Origin: Planctomycetota bacterium
GTDB lineage: Bacteria > Planctomycetota > UBA8108 > SXIK01
Direction: 5' to 3'
Length of the DNA: 64,000 nt
NCBI GenBank assembly: GCA_965223265.1
Contig: OZ244999.1
Coordinates: forward strand, 8,160,001 to 8,224,000
How positions within the stretch are numbered: position 1 is the stretch's first letter; every line of letters starts with the position of its first letter. The notes under the pieces are model-generated. The model was not told the origin of the DNA. It worked only from the letters and a program-made list of their open reading frames with translations, and did not search any database. Shown in pieces: positions 9,950 through 20,718 of this stretch. The position numbers and the translations under genes are program-made.

Positions 9950-12900
9950 TTGCCGTCAGGGAAAATGGAGGTGAGCGCCCTCTTCCATGCGAATCGTCCG
10001 CGACAAGATTCGCTAGAAGGCTGGGCGAGGAAGGAGGAATGGGTGCATCCGATCTCGCCGATCGTGACCCGAACGCTGCAAAAAAAAGGTGGCGGAGAAC
10101 GTCTTCGCTGCCGCCTGTTCTTGTTCGTCTTTTTGCTGCATCAATGGGGATTCAGTCTCGCCGCCGCTGGGCAGGAGTCGAGTGAGCTCGAACATTTCGA
10201 GCGTCGCATCCGGCCTGTTCTGGTCGAAAACTGCTACAAGTGTCACAACAGTGTCGATGCCGCTGAAGGTGGGTTGGCGCTCGATTCGCGCGAGGGGTTG
10301 CGGCGCGGTGGCAGCTCCGGAGCTGCGGTTGTGCCTGGGAACGCCGAGCGCAGTCTCTTGGTGGCCGCGCTTCGACATGAGCGTGACGATTTGCGCATGC
10401 CGCAGGACGGTCCGAAGCTCAGTCCGGCAGTGATCGCCGATTTCGTCACTTGGATCAAGCGCGGCGCTGCCGACCCGCGCGATGCACCGCCAAGCGCTGA
10501 GGAGCTGCGGCGAGCGACGGCGTGGGAGACGGTTCTCGAGCGCCGCAAAGAGTGGTGGAGTTTTCAGCCACTGACCGCGCCGCAGCCGCCGGCGGTCCCT
10601 GGCGAGGTCTGGTCAGAGCATCCCGTAGATCGTTTTTTGTATGCCAAGCTCGATGCCGCCGGTGTCGACCCGAGCGCTGACGGCGATGCCAGCACGCTAC
10701 TGCGGCGGCTCACCTTCGTGCTGACTGGGCTACCCCCCGCCGTCCACGAGATCGACAGGTTTCATACGGTGGATTCGGCAGGTGAGTTCTCAGACGTGGT
10801 CGATGAGCTACTCGGTTCGCCGCGTTTCGGAGAGCGATGGGCGCGTCATTGGATGGATTGGTTTCGCTACGCAGAGTCGAGTGGCAGTGAAGGAGACCCG
10901 TCCATTCCTTACGTCTGGCGTTACCGCGACTACCTCATCCGTGCCCTCAACGCGGATGTCGGCTACGATCGTTTGATTCGCGAGCACATCGCAGGAGACC
11001 TGCTGCCCGATCCGCGCATCGATCAGGAGCGCGGCATCAATGAATCGGCGCTTGCCACCGCACATTACCGTATGGTGCAGCACGGTTTCTCGCCGGTGGA
11101 TCCGTTGGATGAGCAGGTACGCTTCACGGAAAACCAAGTCGACGTTTTGTCGAAGGCGATTCTCGGACTGACTGTCTCTTGTGCACGCTGTCACGATCAC
11201 AAGTTCGATGCTATCAGCCAAAAGGACTTCTATGCCTTTTACGGCATCATGGCGAGTTGCCGGCCTGCTGTGATCACCGTGGACACAGATGCGCGGCGGC
11301 GGATGCATCGCGAGGCGCTGGAGGCGTTGAAGGCGCGTCTACGCGACGAGTTGGCATCGGTGTGGTTGTCGGCGACTGACGGAATTGCAGCGGCGCTGGT
11401 ACGTGCGCCCGAGCCGGCGCCGGCCGCGGAGCGCGAGGCGCGCGCCAAGCGCGAGCGGGAACGACGACGCGAGGGGAAGAAACCCCTGCCACTCGATGTG
11501 GAGGAGCGCTGGCAGCTGGCGGTCGACGAGGCCGCGGCGAGCGATGGACGCAGTCCGCTGTTCGCCTGGACGACTGGACGTCATTTGGCCGGCGAAGCAC
11601 TCGCCAAGGCGCTTGTCGATCAACGTCGGCAGTGGGAAGAGCGAACGGCGATCCAGAGCGGACGGCTGCGAGACGGAGGCTGGGACCTGAGGACAGGCGA
11701 CTACCGGCGGTGGTTTCGTCACGGCGTAGGTCTCGGCGACGCGGCCGAGCAGCCGGGCGCATTCCATGTCCTCGCGGAGGGCGAACGCGTCGTTGCCAAC
11801 ATCTATCCTTCTGGCGTTTACAACCACATGGTCTCCGCGAAGCACAACGGTGTTTTGACGTCGCCGACGTTTACGATCGAAGCGGACGAACTGTGGGTCC
11901 GGGTGTGCGGCGGCGAGGGCGCGCGCGTGAGGTACGTGGTGCAGAACTATCCGCGCGCGATCGGTATCGTGTTCAAGTCGAAGCGGCTGAGCAGCGAGGA
12001 TCCGCAGTGGATCCGGTGGGATATGCGCTACTGGAAGGGCGAGGCAGCGCACATCGAGATCGCAACGGTGGGTGACTTACCGGTCGAAGCACGCTCGAAT
12101 CCGCGGTCGTGGTTCGGGATTAGTGACATCGTCTTTCGGCAGGGCACACCACCCATCGATGAACCCGGTGCACCGCTCGCGAGCGTGGTTTCGCCGTCCG
12201 AGGTGGCGTCGACTGCGGCGGCTCTTGCAGAGCTTTACACCATGTCGCTGACGCGGGCGATCGAAGCATGGCGGCGCGGCGACATCACGGATGCGCAGGC
12301 AAGCTTTCTAGGGTTCTTCGTGCGGCACGGCTTGCTGCCGAATCGTCTCGACGAGTTGGCGAACGTGGCGCCGCTCGTGGCCGAATATCGTCGTCTGGAA
12401 CAAGAGATTCCTATCCCGACGCGAGCGCCCGGGGTGACCGAGTCGGTCGGGTTTGATCAACCGCTCTTCGTACGCGGCAATCACAAGCAGCCGGCGGCGC
12501 CGGTGCCGCGCCGATTCCTCGAGGCCTTTGGGGGCAAGCCTTACGAGACTGCACTGAGCGGCAGGCGTGAGTTGGCGGAGGATCTGATCTATGGCAGTCC
12601 GCTGGCGCCGCGTGTCATCGTCAATCGGGTTTGGCATCACGTCTTCGGGCGCGGTCTCGTCGCCACGTGCGACAACTTTGGGCGACTGGGTGAAGAACCC
12701 AGCCATCCAGAGTTGCTTGATTACTTGGCGGTGCGCTTCGTTGAGGATGGCTGGTCGATCAAGAAACTCGTCAGGCTGCTGGTGACCAGTCGCGCCTTTC
12801 GACTCTCGGCGCGGTCGAGTGAAGCGGCCGTGCGCCTCGATCCGGAGAATCGGCTGCTTTCGCATGCGAGCGTGCGGCGACTTGAGGCTGAGGCGATTCG

Positions 12901-13372
12901 TGACGCGGTGCTCGCGGTGAGCGGTGAACTCGACACGACCATGTTCGGTGCGAGTCAACCCGGGACGAGCCGGCGGCGCAGCGTGTACGTCGAGGTCCGT
13001 CGGAACAGTCTGGATCCGTTTTTACACGCGTTCGATGCGCCGAGTCCGTTCAGTACCCAGGGACGGCGAGCGGCGACGAACGTGCCGGCGCAGTCGCTGA
13101 TGCTTCTCAACGATCCGTTCGTCTCCGAACAGGCGAAGGCATGGGCGGAGAAGGTTTTGGGGAATCCGGCGCTCGCGGACACGGAGGCGCGACTGCGCCA
13201 CATGTTTGTCAGCGCGCTCGGCCGCGCGCCGGAGGCTGACGAGGTCAGGGAGCTCGTGCGGTACGTCGTCGACATCGACCGCGCCGACGGAGCCGGGGAT
13301 CATGAAGCGGCGATTTGGAGTGATGTGGCGCATGGGTTTTTCAACTTCAAGGAGTTCATCTACCTGCGGTGA
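9950..13372 (+). CDS. Planctomycete cytochrome c (PSCyt1) / DUF1549 / DUF1553 (PSD1) domain protein
   Basis: [92 protein letters not shown]. True start uncertain and probably downstream of 9950. Confidence 0.92.
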   Translation: MPSGKMEVSALFHANRPRQDSLEGWARKEEWVHPISPIVTRTLQKKGGGERLRCRLFLFVFLLHQWGFSLAAAGQESSELEHFERRIRPVLVENCYKCHNSVDAAEGGLALDSREGLRRGGSSGAAVVPGNAERSLLVAALRHERDDLRMPQDGPKLSPAVIADFVTWIKRGAADPRDAPPSAEELRRATAWETVLERRKEWWSFQPLTAPQPPAVPGEVWSEHPVDRFLYAKLDAAGVDPSADGDASTLLRRLTFVLTGLPPAVHEIDRFHTVDSAGEFSDVVDELLGSPRFGERWARHWMDWFRYAESSGSEGDPSIPYVWRYRDYLIRALNADVGYDRLIREHIAGDLLPDPRIDQERGINESALATAHYRMVQHGFSPVDPLDEQVRFTENQVDVLSKAILGLTVSCARCHDHKFDAISQKDFYAFYGIMASCRPAVITVDTDARRRMHREALEALKARLRDELASVWLSATDGIAAALVRAPEPAPAAEREARAKRERERRREGKKPLPLDVEERWQLAVDEAAASDGRSPLFAWTTGRHLAGEALAKALVDQRRQWEERTAIQSGRLRDGGWDLRTGDYRRWFRHGVGLGDAAEQPGAFHVLAEGERVVANIYPSGVYNHMVSAKHNGVLTSPTFTIEADELWVRVCGGEGARVRYVVQNYPRAIGIVFKSKRLSSEDPQWIRWDMRYWKGEAAHIEIATVGDLPVEARSNPRSWFGISDIVFRQGTPPIDEPGAPLASVVSPSEVASTAAALAELYTMSLTRAIEAWRRGDITDAQASFLGFFVRHGLLPNRLDELANVAPLVAEYRRLEQEIPIPTRAPGVTESVGFDQPLFVRGNHKQPAAPVPRRFLEAFGGKPYETALSGRRELAEDLIYGSPLAPRVIVNRVWHHVFGRGLVATCDNFGRLGEEPSHPELLDYLAVRFVEDGWSIKKLVRLLVTSRAFRLSARSSEAAVRLDPENRLLSHASVRRLEAEAIRDAVLAVSGELDTTMFGASQPGTSRRRSVYVEVRRNSLDPFLHAFDAPSPFSTQGRRAATNVPAQSLMLLNDPFVSEQAKAWAEKVLGNPALADTEARLRHMFVSALGRAPEADEVRELVRYVVDIDRADGAGDHEAAIWSDVAHGFFNFKEFIYLR

Positions 13373-13443
13373 CGCGAGGGTGGCGAAACACGAGCGACGA
13401 CGCATCGACGGGTGAATCGACGTTCGCGGTTGAGACAAAGGCG

Positions 13444-14922
13444 ATGCTGATGACGACGATCAAAGAGAATGCGACGGAACGCGATTCTTCCCGCTTGAGT
13501 GTGCCGGCGACGCGGCGCGAGATGCTGCGGCGATGTTCGCTCGGCTTTGGCGTGACGGCCCTCAGTGGCCTTTTGGCCGAGTCCGCCCGTGCGGCCGCGT
13601 CGGCCGGCAGTTCGGCGGGCGCGATCGGGCACCTTCCGCAGCGAGCGAAGAGCGTCATTTTTTGCTTCATGTCTGGTGGAGTGTCACACGTTGACAGCTT
13701 CGACCCGAAACCTCGACTCGCACGTGACGCAGGCAAGCCTTTGCCGCTTCGCATCGAACGGACACAGTTCAACCGTAACGGGAACATTCTTCCGTCACCC
13801 TGGAAGTTCCACCGCTACGGTGAGAGCGGCATCCCCGTGAGCGATCTTTTTCGCCACACTGCGAGCTGTGTCGATGACCTCGCGGTCATTCGCTCGATGA
13901 CGAGCCAATTCAGCGAGCACGCGCAGGGGAACTACTTCGTGCACACGGGATTTCCGTTTCTCGGGCACCCGAGCGCGGGCGCCTGGGTGACGTACGGCCT
14001 TGGGAGCGAGTCACGAAACCTGCCTGGATTCGTCGTGCTGCGCAGCGGCGGCTCGGGGATTCCGCATGGAGGTGTGGGGCTCTTCGGGAGTGGCTTTCTG
14101 CCCGCGACGCATCAAGGTTCGATTCTCGACGCGAGTGCCGACGAAGCGCTGCGCAACGTGCGGCCGCGAGAGGGGGACGTCGCACAGCGGCGTCGTTTGG
14201 GGTTGATTGCCCGGAATGACCGCCGGTTTTTGAGACGCGTCGACGACAACCCGCACGTCGAAGCGGCGATCGAGAACTATGAGATGGCATATCGCATGCA
14301 GGCCGCCGTGCCGGAGCTTGTAGATCTCAGCGGCGAGAGCGAAGCGACGAAGAGACTCTACGGCGTCGATTCACCCGACAAAGGCAAGGCTGGTTACGCG
14401 AGGCAGTGTCTTTTGGCGCGCCGACTCGTCGAGCGTGGCGTGCGTTTCGTCGAGCTGACGTGTCTATCCTACAACATAGGCGGGGGTAACAGCGCCAACC
14501 CGTGGGATCAGCATGGGCAGCTAAAAAAAGGGCACGAGAGGATGGCGTTTCAAGTCGACCAGCCGATCGCAGCACTGATCAAGGATCTCAAGAGTCGCGG
14601 CCTCCTGGACGAAACGCTGGTGATCTGGGCGGGCGAGTTCGGTCGCACGCCGTTCTCGCAGGACACCGACGGACGCGATCACGACCCCTTCGGCTTCAGC
14701 ATCTGGCTCGCCGGCGGGGGCGTACGTGGCGGCACGATTTACGGTGCGACGGACGAGTTCGGCTACCGCGCCGTCGAGAGCCCGTGCACGATCTACGACT
14801 TGTGGGCGACGGTGCTGCACCTGCTCGGGCAGAACCATTTCGACCTCACCTACCGCCATGGAGGGCGCGACTTTCGCCTGACCGACGTGCACGGGCGGGT
14901 GTTGAGTGAGGTTTTGGTCTGA
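13444..14922 (+). CDS. DUF1501 family protein (Tat-exported, sulfatase-like fold)
   Basis: Tat motif TRREMLRR; [57 protein letters not shown]. Start approximate. Confidence 0.93.
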   Translation: MLMTTIKENATERDSSRLSVPATRREMLRRCSLGFGVTALSGLLAESARAAASAGSSAGAIGHLPQRAKSVIFCFMSGGVSHVDSFDPKPRLARDAGKPLPLRIERTQFNRNGNILPSPWKFHRYGESGIPVSDLFRHTASCVDDLAVIRSMTSQFSEHAQGNYFVHTGFPFLGHPSAGAWVTYGLGSESRNLPGFVVLRSGGSGIPHGGVGLFGSGFLPATHQGSILDASADEALRNVRPREGDVAQRRRLGLIARNDRRFLRRVDDNPHVEAAIENYEMAYRMQAAVPELVDLSGESEATKRLYGVDSPDKGKAGYARQCLLARRLVERGVRFVELTCLSYNIGGGNSANPWDQHGQLKKGHERMAFQVDQPIAALIKDLKSRGLLDETLVIWAGEFGRTPFSQDTDGRDHDPFGFSIWLAGGGVRGGTIYGATDEFGYRAVESPCTIYDLWATVLHLLGQNHFDLTYRHGGRDFRLTDVHGRVLSEVLV

Positions 14923-15089
14923 GCCGACCGATCCCCCGTGACCGACGTGCTGTCCTACAAGGTCTTGCTCAGCTGTTGCGTACTCGCGACAACTGTTCAC
15001 ATACGGACGTCCGAATTTGACATCGCCGTTTTTTTGTTCGATTTGTGACGATATCTTGCTGTCTGTATGACCCGGGAGCGGAAAAAAAT

Positions 15090-15196
15090 GAACCTCGGTT
15101 GGGTACGTACTCGTAGGAGAACGAACCTCGGACGCGCTCGGACGTATAAGACGGGAGAACGAACCTCGGATGATGAACCGGAGAACGAACCTCGGA
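15090..15196 (+). repeat. Cluster of direct repeats GGAGAACGAACCTCGGA (3 exact 17-mers plus 1 partial)
   Basis: Exact copies at 15116-15132, 15154-15170 and 15180-15196; partial GAACCTCGG at 15090-15098; lies in a 530-bp intergenic region. Confidence 0.9.
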
Positions 15197-15451
15197 CGGG
15201 TTGACCGGTTGACGCACCCCCAACCCCCCCACGAAAGCGTGGTATCGGGTCTTGCCTTGTAGGGCCCACCGCTTCTCGGCGCGTTTCTTTCCAAACAAAC
15301 CGCCTGGCGGGACCAACGATCGCGGCAGTCTCTCCGCTTCTCGATACGAGCTAACGCGTTTGCACCCACGACCGCAGGGTCTTAGGCTCTCGAAGCGACC
15401 CGCCCGACCGCCTCGTCTCCCTCTCTCTCCACTCCTCGGCACGTTGTCCAG

Positions 15452-17440
15452 TTGATTCCTCGCAAAACCCCTCACGCCCTCACGTTTCTGATTTTGGTGC
15501 TCGCCGCCGCCGGTGTCGCTCGCCGCTGGGTGCGGGTGTGGCACGCCGGCCGGTCGAACGCGCCGATCGCATCCACCATCGCCGCTGTGCAAGGCGCCTC
15601 TCACGTTTCGCCGTTTCGGGGTCGCGACGTCCGAGCCCTTCGCGGTGTGGTGACTGCCGTCGATCGACAGGGTTTCTACCTACAGGACCCACTCGGAGAT
15701 GGTGATGATGCAACCTCGGACGCGATCTATGTCCGCACCGGCGTGACGCCTGGGGTTCACCCGGGCGATGCCGTCAGTGTGGCCGGACGCGTCGCCGAGA
15801 TCTACCCCGACAACTACAGCTCGGGAGGTCTGTCCGTGACAACGATCGTGAGGCCCCACGTCCAAACACCTCAGGTGCGGACGACCTCTCGCGCCTCCGA
15901 TCCGTCGTCGTCGCTGTTGACTCCGCGATCACGTCTCTCGTTCCGCTCGGCCTTGCGACCATCCGGCCAGCCTGTTCCCCTCACGCTCGAGGACGACGCT
16001 CACGGCCGCAGCGTCGAAGACCCGCGCGTGCGTTTCGACCCGATGCACGATTGGCTTGATCGTCTCGAGAGCCTCGAATCTATGACTTTTCGCGTCCACT
16101 CCTCGACGGTCGCGGGTGTCCGCACCATCGCCGGCACCATCGCGATCTGCCTGTGTGACGACGTTGACGCCGGCTGGCGCACGTCTCAAGGCGGCGTGCT
16201 CGCCCGCAGCGACGTCGCGCCGGTTGACCTTTGGGTGGTGGCACCGGCGTCGCCAGCGGTGACCGTTCCCGAGGCTGACGTCGGCACCCGCCTTGAAGCG
16301 TTCGACGCCATCGTCGACTACTACCGCGGCCGCTATCGGCTTCTTGCCATCGAGTCTGTCTTGATTGCGTTGCCAATCGAGGGTGCGCCAGTCGAGGGTG
16401 AGCTTCACTCCTCGGCGCCCCCTGGCGCGACGCCTTCATCTTCCTCGTCGTCCAATCGGCGGGCGCTGGTCAAGGCGCCGCGATCACTTCCTACCCCACC
16501 GCCCCCGCGCAGCACCGCCCCCGGCGAACTTCGCGTTGTCTCCTACAACCTGTACAACCTGTCGCCGCACGACACCGACCGCCTCAGCCGCCTGGCGCGA
16601 CACATCGTCGACGACCTTGAGGCGCCAGACCTTCTTGCCCTCCAGGAGATCCAGGACTCATCAGGCCCCCTCAACGACAGTGTCGTTGAGGCATCACTCA
16701 CGTTCGATGCACTCACCAGCGCTATCGAGACTCACGACGGACCCAGCTATCGCGCCCTGGCGATCGACCCCTGCGACAACTGCGACGGCGGCCCACCCGG
16801 AGCGAACATTCGGGTGGCGTACCTCTACGAACCGCGCCGCGTTGAACTGCGCGACTCGCTCAGCGCAGATCTCGCGGCGGAGCTGCCATCACCGCCGCCG
16901 CGACACCGGCATATCGCCGCCGTACGCCTCTTTGAGAACTCCGCGGCGTTTCGACGCAGCCGCAAGCCCTTGTTGGCTGAGTTTTGGTTTCGCGGTCGGC
17001 CGATCATCGCGATCAACGTCCATCTGCGCTCGAAGCTCGGCCGCGCACCACTCTCCGGTCGCGTGCAACCACCGCCCGACGTAACGCTCGCGCCGCGCCG
17101 ACGGCAAGCCGAGGAAATCGCGGCCCTGATTGATCGCCTTAGGAGGATGGATCCGCCGCGCGATGTGATCGTCCTCGGCGACTTCAACGACGACCAGGCC
17201 TCGATTACGCTCCACACTCTCACTGCGAGCGGTTGGCTGACGAATCTGACCGAGACACTACCGGAGCATGGGCGCTATACCTACATTCACATGGGATTAG
17301 CGGCCGCCGTCGACCATATCCTCGTGAGTCCGTCCCTGAGCCGCCGCGCCGTCGCCGCCGTGCATCACCTCAATTGCGACTTCGCCGCACGCGCGAGCGA
17401 TCACGACCCTGTCTCAGTGCGGTTTCGCTTGGCGCCTTGA
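15452..17440 (+). CDS. Extracellular endonuclease/exonuclease/phosphatase (ExeM/NucH-like, OB-fold + EEP domain)
   Basis: N-terminal hydrophobic anchor; IAAVQG..HVSP, GVVTAV..GFYLQD..GDGDDATSDAIYV (OB fold); SYNLYN, LQEIQD, NVHLRSK, GDFND, DHIL, SDHDPV catalytic motifs. Confidence 0.9.
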   Translation: MIPRKTPHALTFLILVLAAAGVARRWVRVWHAGRSNAPIASTIAAVQGASHVSPFRGRDVRALRGVVTAVDRQGFYLQDPLGDGDDATSDAIYVRTGVTPGVHPGDAVSVAGRVAEIYPDNYSSGGLSVTTIVRPHVQTPQVRTTSRASDPSSSLLTPRSRLSFRSALRPSGQPVPLTLEDDAHGRSVEDPRVRFDPMHDWLDRLESLESMTFRVHSSTVAGVRTIAGTIAICLCDDVDAGWRTSQGGVLARSDVAPVDLWVVAPASPAVTVPEADVGTRLEAFDAIVDYYRGRYRLLAIESVLIALPIEGAPVEGELHSSAPPGATPSSSSSSNRRALVKAPRSLPTPPPPRSTAPGELRVVSYNLYNLSPHDTDRLSRLARHIVDDLEAPDLLALQEIQDSSGPLNDSVVEASLTFDALTSAIETHDGPSYRALAIDPCDNCDGGPPGANIRVAYLYEPRRVELRDSLSADLAAELPSPPPRHRHIAAVRLFENSAAFRRSRKPLLAEFWFRGRPIIAINVHLRSKLGRAPLSGRVQPPPDVTLAPRRRQAEEIAALIDRLRRMDPPRDVIVLGDFNDDQASITLHTLTASGWLTNLTETLPEHGRYTYIHMGLAAAVDHILVSPSLSRRAVAAVHHLNCDFAARASDHDPVSVRFRLAP

Positions 17441-17621
17441 AGTAGCGAGTGACTCCTCTGTCGCACCGTAGCGCGACCACGGACTACGAAGGGAAACCCG
17501 ACGTCCTCAGAACATACTCGGAACACTCTCGGAGCACTGTGTAGCTCGAGGTGCAGTCTGCCAGGTGCCGAAGAAATGAGCGGGCGAGGCGCTTCTCGGG
17601 TGTGGATCCCCTAACGCCCAC

Positions 17622-18425
17622 GTGCTCCCGGAGGACAACGTGTACGACGAAACACGGCCGACGACTGTTCCGCGTCCACCGCGCGCGACATCATGGCCCG
17701 ACGTCCACTCGTCGACCGACGACTACGCGCGGCGCTTTGCAGGTGCGGCCGGGGAATTCCTGCTTGCGGTTCAAACACGGGAGCTTCTACACCTCCTGGC
17801 GCCTTGGCGGGGGGGGCGCGTCTTGGACGTCGGCGGGGGACACGCTCAGGCTGCCGCGCCGCTCGCCGCAGCCGGCTTTGACGTCACCGTCCTCGGCAGC
17901 GAGCCGAACACTTTCGATCGCGTGCGCGCGCTCGACACGGCCGATCGCATCACTTGCGTCCAGGGCGATCTCGACGCCGCGAGCCTTCCAGCCAGAGACT
18001 ATGACGTCGTCATCGCGCTCCGCATGCTGGCACATGTCCAGCAGCCGCAAGAGTTCCTCGCCGGTCTCTGTCGCGTCGCCCGCGATGCCGTGATCGTCGA
18101 GTACCCTGCCGTCGCAAGCTTCAACGTTCTGGGGCCTCTCCTCTTTCGGCTCAAACGTCGCGTCGAAGGTAACACAAGACGCTATCGTTCGTTTCGTAGC
18201 ACGGAGGTGTGCAGCCCGCTCGCGGACCACGGTTTCGACATCACCGCGACGTCGAAGCAGCTGTTTTGGCCGATCGCACTGCATCGCCTCTTCAGGCGAC
18301 CCGTGCTCTCGCGCTTGCTTGAGGCACCGCCCCGCGCCATCGGCCTGACGAGATGGATCGGTTCCCCCGTTCTCCTGCGGGCGACGAAGACGCCCAAGTC
18401 GAGTTGCACGAGCGAGGCGCCATGA
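17622..18425 (+). CDS. Class I SAM-dependent methyltransferase
   Basis: VLDVGGGHAQ motif I; YDVVIALRMLAHV; ATGA-coupled to the downstream epimerase. Confidence 0.88.
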   Translation: MLPEDNVYDETRPTTVPRPPRATSWPDVHSSTDDYARRFAGAAGEFLLAVQTRELLHLLAPWRGGRVLDVGGGHAQAAAPLAAAGFDVTVLGSEPNTFDRVRALDTADRITCVQGDLDAASLPARDYDVVIALRMLAHVQQPQEFLAGLCRVARDAVIVEYPAVASFNVLGPLLFRLKRRVEGNTRRYRSFRSTEVCSPLADHGFDITATSKQLFWPIALHRLFRRPVLSRLLEAPPRAIGLTRWIGSPVLLRATKTPKSSCTSEAP

Positions 18426-19522
18426 AGGTATTGATCACGGGCGCGACGGGATTCGCCGGCGGGCATTTGGCGCGCCATCTCGTAGCTGCGGGATACGACG
18501 TCGCTGCACTCGCGCGCCCGGGATCCGCAACACGGCCGCTCCTCGATCGGGGCGTGGACGTGCGCATCGGCGAACTCGCAAACGCAGCGGACGTGGTTCG
18601 CGCCGTCGCCGGCGTCGAACAGGTCTATCACCTTGCCGCGTGCTATCGCACGGCGGGCCATTCACGACAACACTACGAGGCCATCAACGTCGGCGGTACG
18701 CAGAACGTTCTCGCGGCGGCGCGGAAGCACGGCTGCGCCCGCGTCATTCATTGCAGTACTGTCGGCGTGCACGGCGAGATCAAGCGATCACCAGCCGATG
18801 AGAACGCGCCGTTTGCTCCGGGAGATGTTTACCAGGAGACGAAGCTCGCTGGAGAAGAGTGCGCGCGTGCCGCCCAGCGCGCAGGGCAGGCGGTGGTCAT
18901 CTTTCGTCCCGCGGCTATCTACGGACCGGGAGATCTTCGACTTCTCAAGCTGTTTCGTACCGTTCAGCGGCGACAGTTTCGGATGTTTGGCGCTGGCAGG
19001 ATCCATTACCATCTCATCTACATCGATGATCTTGTTCGCGGGATCGAACTGTGCGGCAACTCGGACGCCGCAATTGGCGAAACGTTCATTCTGTGCGGCA
19101 CGGCCTCTCTGAGCTTGAACGAACTCGTCGAACTCGTTGCGAACGCCGTCGGTGTGCCGGTTCCGCGTGGTCGCATTCCGCTTCGATGGCTTCTCATGGC
19201 GGCCTCACTTTGTGAAACGTTTTGCCGGCCGTTTGGAGTTGAACCGCCGCTCCATAAACGGCGTGCAGAGTTTTTCGTCAAGCATCGATCGTTTTCCGGC
19301 GCGAAAGCGAAGGCGCAGCTCGGGTTTGAACCGCGAACGACTGCACGCCAAGGCATTCTATCGACGGCGCAGTGGTACCGTGCGCACGGCTACTTGTCGC
19401 CGCAAGGTAGAATCGACGAGCGCGTTTCAAGCATCGCCCGTGCCGCGACGGTCGAGGAGAATCCAGACAGCCCCGACGAGCGCAAGAAGCAGGCTGAACA
19501 GATGACAGATCAGCCCCGCTGA
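18422..19522 (+). CDS. NAD-dependent epimerase/dehydratase (extended SDR)
   Basis: MKVLITGATGFAGGHL, YHLAA, HCSTVGVHG, YQETK (YxxxK), RPAAIYGPGD; start at the ATGA overlap at 18422. Confidence 0.93.
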   Translation: MKVLITGATGFAGGHLARHLVAAGYDVAALARPGSATRPLLDRGVDVRIGELANAADVVRAVAGVEQVYHLAACYRTAGHSRQHYEAINVGGTQNVLAAARKHGCARVIHCSTVGVHGEIKRSPADENAPFAPGDVYQETKLAGEECARAAQRAGQAVVIFRPAAIYGPGDLRLLKLFRTVQRRQFRMFGAGRIHYHLIYIDDLVRGIELCGNSDAAIGETFILCGTASLSLNELVELVANAVGVPVPRGRIPLRWLLMAASLCETFCRPFGVEPPLHKRRAEFFVKHRSFSGAKAKAQLGFEPRTTARQGILSTAQWYRAHGYLSPQGRIDERVSSIARAATVEENPDSPDERKKQAEQMTDQPR

Positions 19523-20476
19523 GATGCTGATGCGCGCCGGCACGCCAGCATCCGCAAAGAAGTAAACCAGCGCGCCCTCGCGCACTCCGAGCCCGTTCAG
19601 TGAAATCGGCAGGAGGACGAGAAAGAAGACGAGCGGCACGAAAGTGAGGCAAGTCACGAAGTCTGGGTTGGAGCCGCAGGCGCGGTAGATGCACCAGAAC
19701 ATAGCACAGCGGACGCACTGAACCACGACCGAAAGGAAGAGCGAGACGACGAAGACTCGACGCACCCGCTCTGGGCTGCTCAGCGCAACGACCGAATCGA
19801 CAAGGCCGTTCAACCGGCGGTGGCGCGTGCTCGCTGCCCGCCACCGTATGAGCTGCGAACGTAGTAGGAACATGGCCCCAGCGCCAGCCACCACGACGAT
19901 CTGAAAGGCGCCGAGAAAGACGAGCCAGCCCGTCGGCCTGCCGCTGAGCTCACTGACACCCACCATCACCGAAGCGAGAAGGAGCATCGAGTAAGCTCCG
20001 AAGGCGCGATCGACGAGGATGCTCGCAGTTGCCGCGCGGCCGCGACCCGTTTCGCGCGCCAGCTGCGCACCTCGGGCCAGGTCGGCGCCGAGGCCACCAG
20101 GGAGGAGCTGGCCGATCGGCGAGCTCATGAATGTGATCCGCGTCAGGTCGAAAAACGACACGCGTACGCCCTCGGCACCGAGGGCATATTGCCAGCGTAA
20201 GACGGCCAGAAATCGCTGCGCGATGAATGTCGCCAGTGCCGCCGCGAGCCAAGGAAGGCGTACGCTTGCTAGTGTCGTCGTCACTTCCTGAAGAGGCACG
20301 AGGCGCAGGACGAGCACGAGCAGCGTCAGGCTGACCGCGGCGCGCAGGTAGAGCTTTCGGCGTCTCCGCCGCTTCGGCGGCGCGTTCGACTCGGCTACAA
20401 GTGCGGTGGACGACGTTCCGCCCAACTGCGAGGTTTCGGGGTTGGAGACGATTTGACCGTGGAGACGCTCGGGCAT
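19427..20476 (-). CDS. Lysylphosphatidylglycerol synthase TM-domain / flippase-like membrane protein (UPF0104)
   Basis: Multi-TM protein with RWQ, LLPGGLGADLAR, SILVDR, LPISLNGLGVREG motifs. Start approximate; 3' end overlaps the convergent epimerase by about 96 bp. Confidence 0.85.
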   Translation of the reverse strand: MPERLHGQIVSNPETSQLGGTSSTALVAESNAPPKRRRRRKLYLRAAVSLTLLVLVLRLVPLQEVTTTLASVRLPWLAAALATFIAQRFLAVLRWQYALGAEGVRVSFFDLTRITFMSSPIGQLLPGGLGADLARGAQLARETGRGRAATASILVDRAFGAYSMLLLASVMVGVSELSGRPTGWLVFLGAFQIVVVAGAGAMFLLRSQLIRWRAASTRHRRLNGLVDSVVALSSPERVRRVFVVSLFLSVVVQCVRCAMFWCIYRACGSNPDFVTCLTFVPLVFFLVLLPISLNGLGVREGALVYFFADAGVPARISISAGLICHLFSLLLALVGAVWILLDRRGTGDA

Positions 20477-20718
20477 TCCTACATATCGACCAAAACGTCG
20501 CTCAGCCGTCCGTAGACCAGGAGGTTTTCGGTCCGTTCGAAGATCGATCGCCGGCAGACTCACGCCATCCTCGAAGCCAAGTTTTTTCGGTCGTCTCACT
20601 CGAAAGCGCCGAGCCTGCATGAGATGGCTAGTGCGTAGAGCCGATAGAGATGAGGTTCACGCATCCCCTCACAGTCTGCCTTAGACTTTGCCGTGAGAGA
20701 GAATCCGCGCCGCAATTG

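Noticed and set aside
10080-10087. A8 homopolymer as a phase-variation switch in the PSD1 gene
   Set aside because: The tract is short, the start codon is uncertain so it may lie outside the CDS, and no frameshift is evident.
14990-15045. Canonical dif site or sigma70 promoter at TTGACA 15017
   Set aside because: Only one arm loosely resembles the XerD half-site, and there is no -10 element at the correct spacing; not callable.
15090-15196. Possible mini CRISPR array
   Set aside because: Repeats are only 17 bp, spacers are 9-21 bp and unequal, and there are no cas genes; kept as a direct-repeat cluster.
19427-19522. Convergent 96-bp overlap of the epimerase and flippase-like genes as a regulatory antisense pair
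   Set aside because: Both tails are low-complexity extensions; this is common in high-GC genomes with few stop codons.
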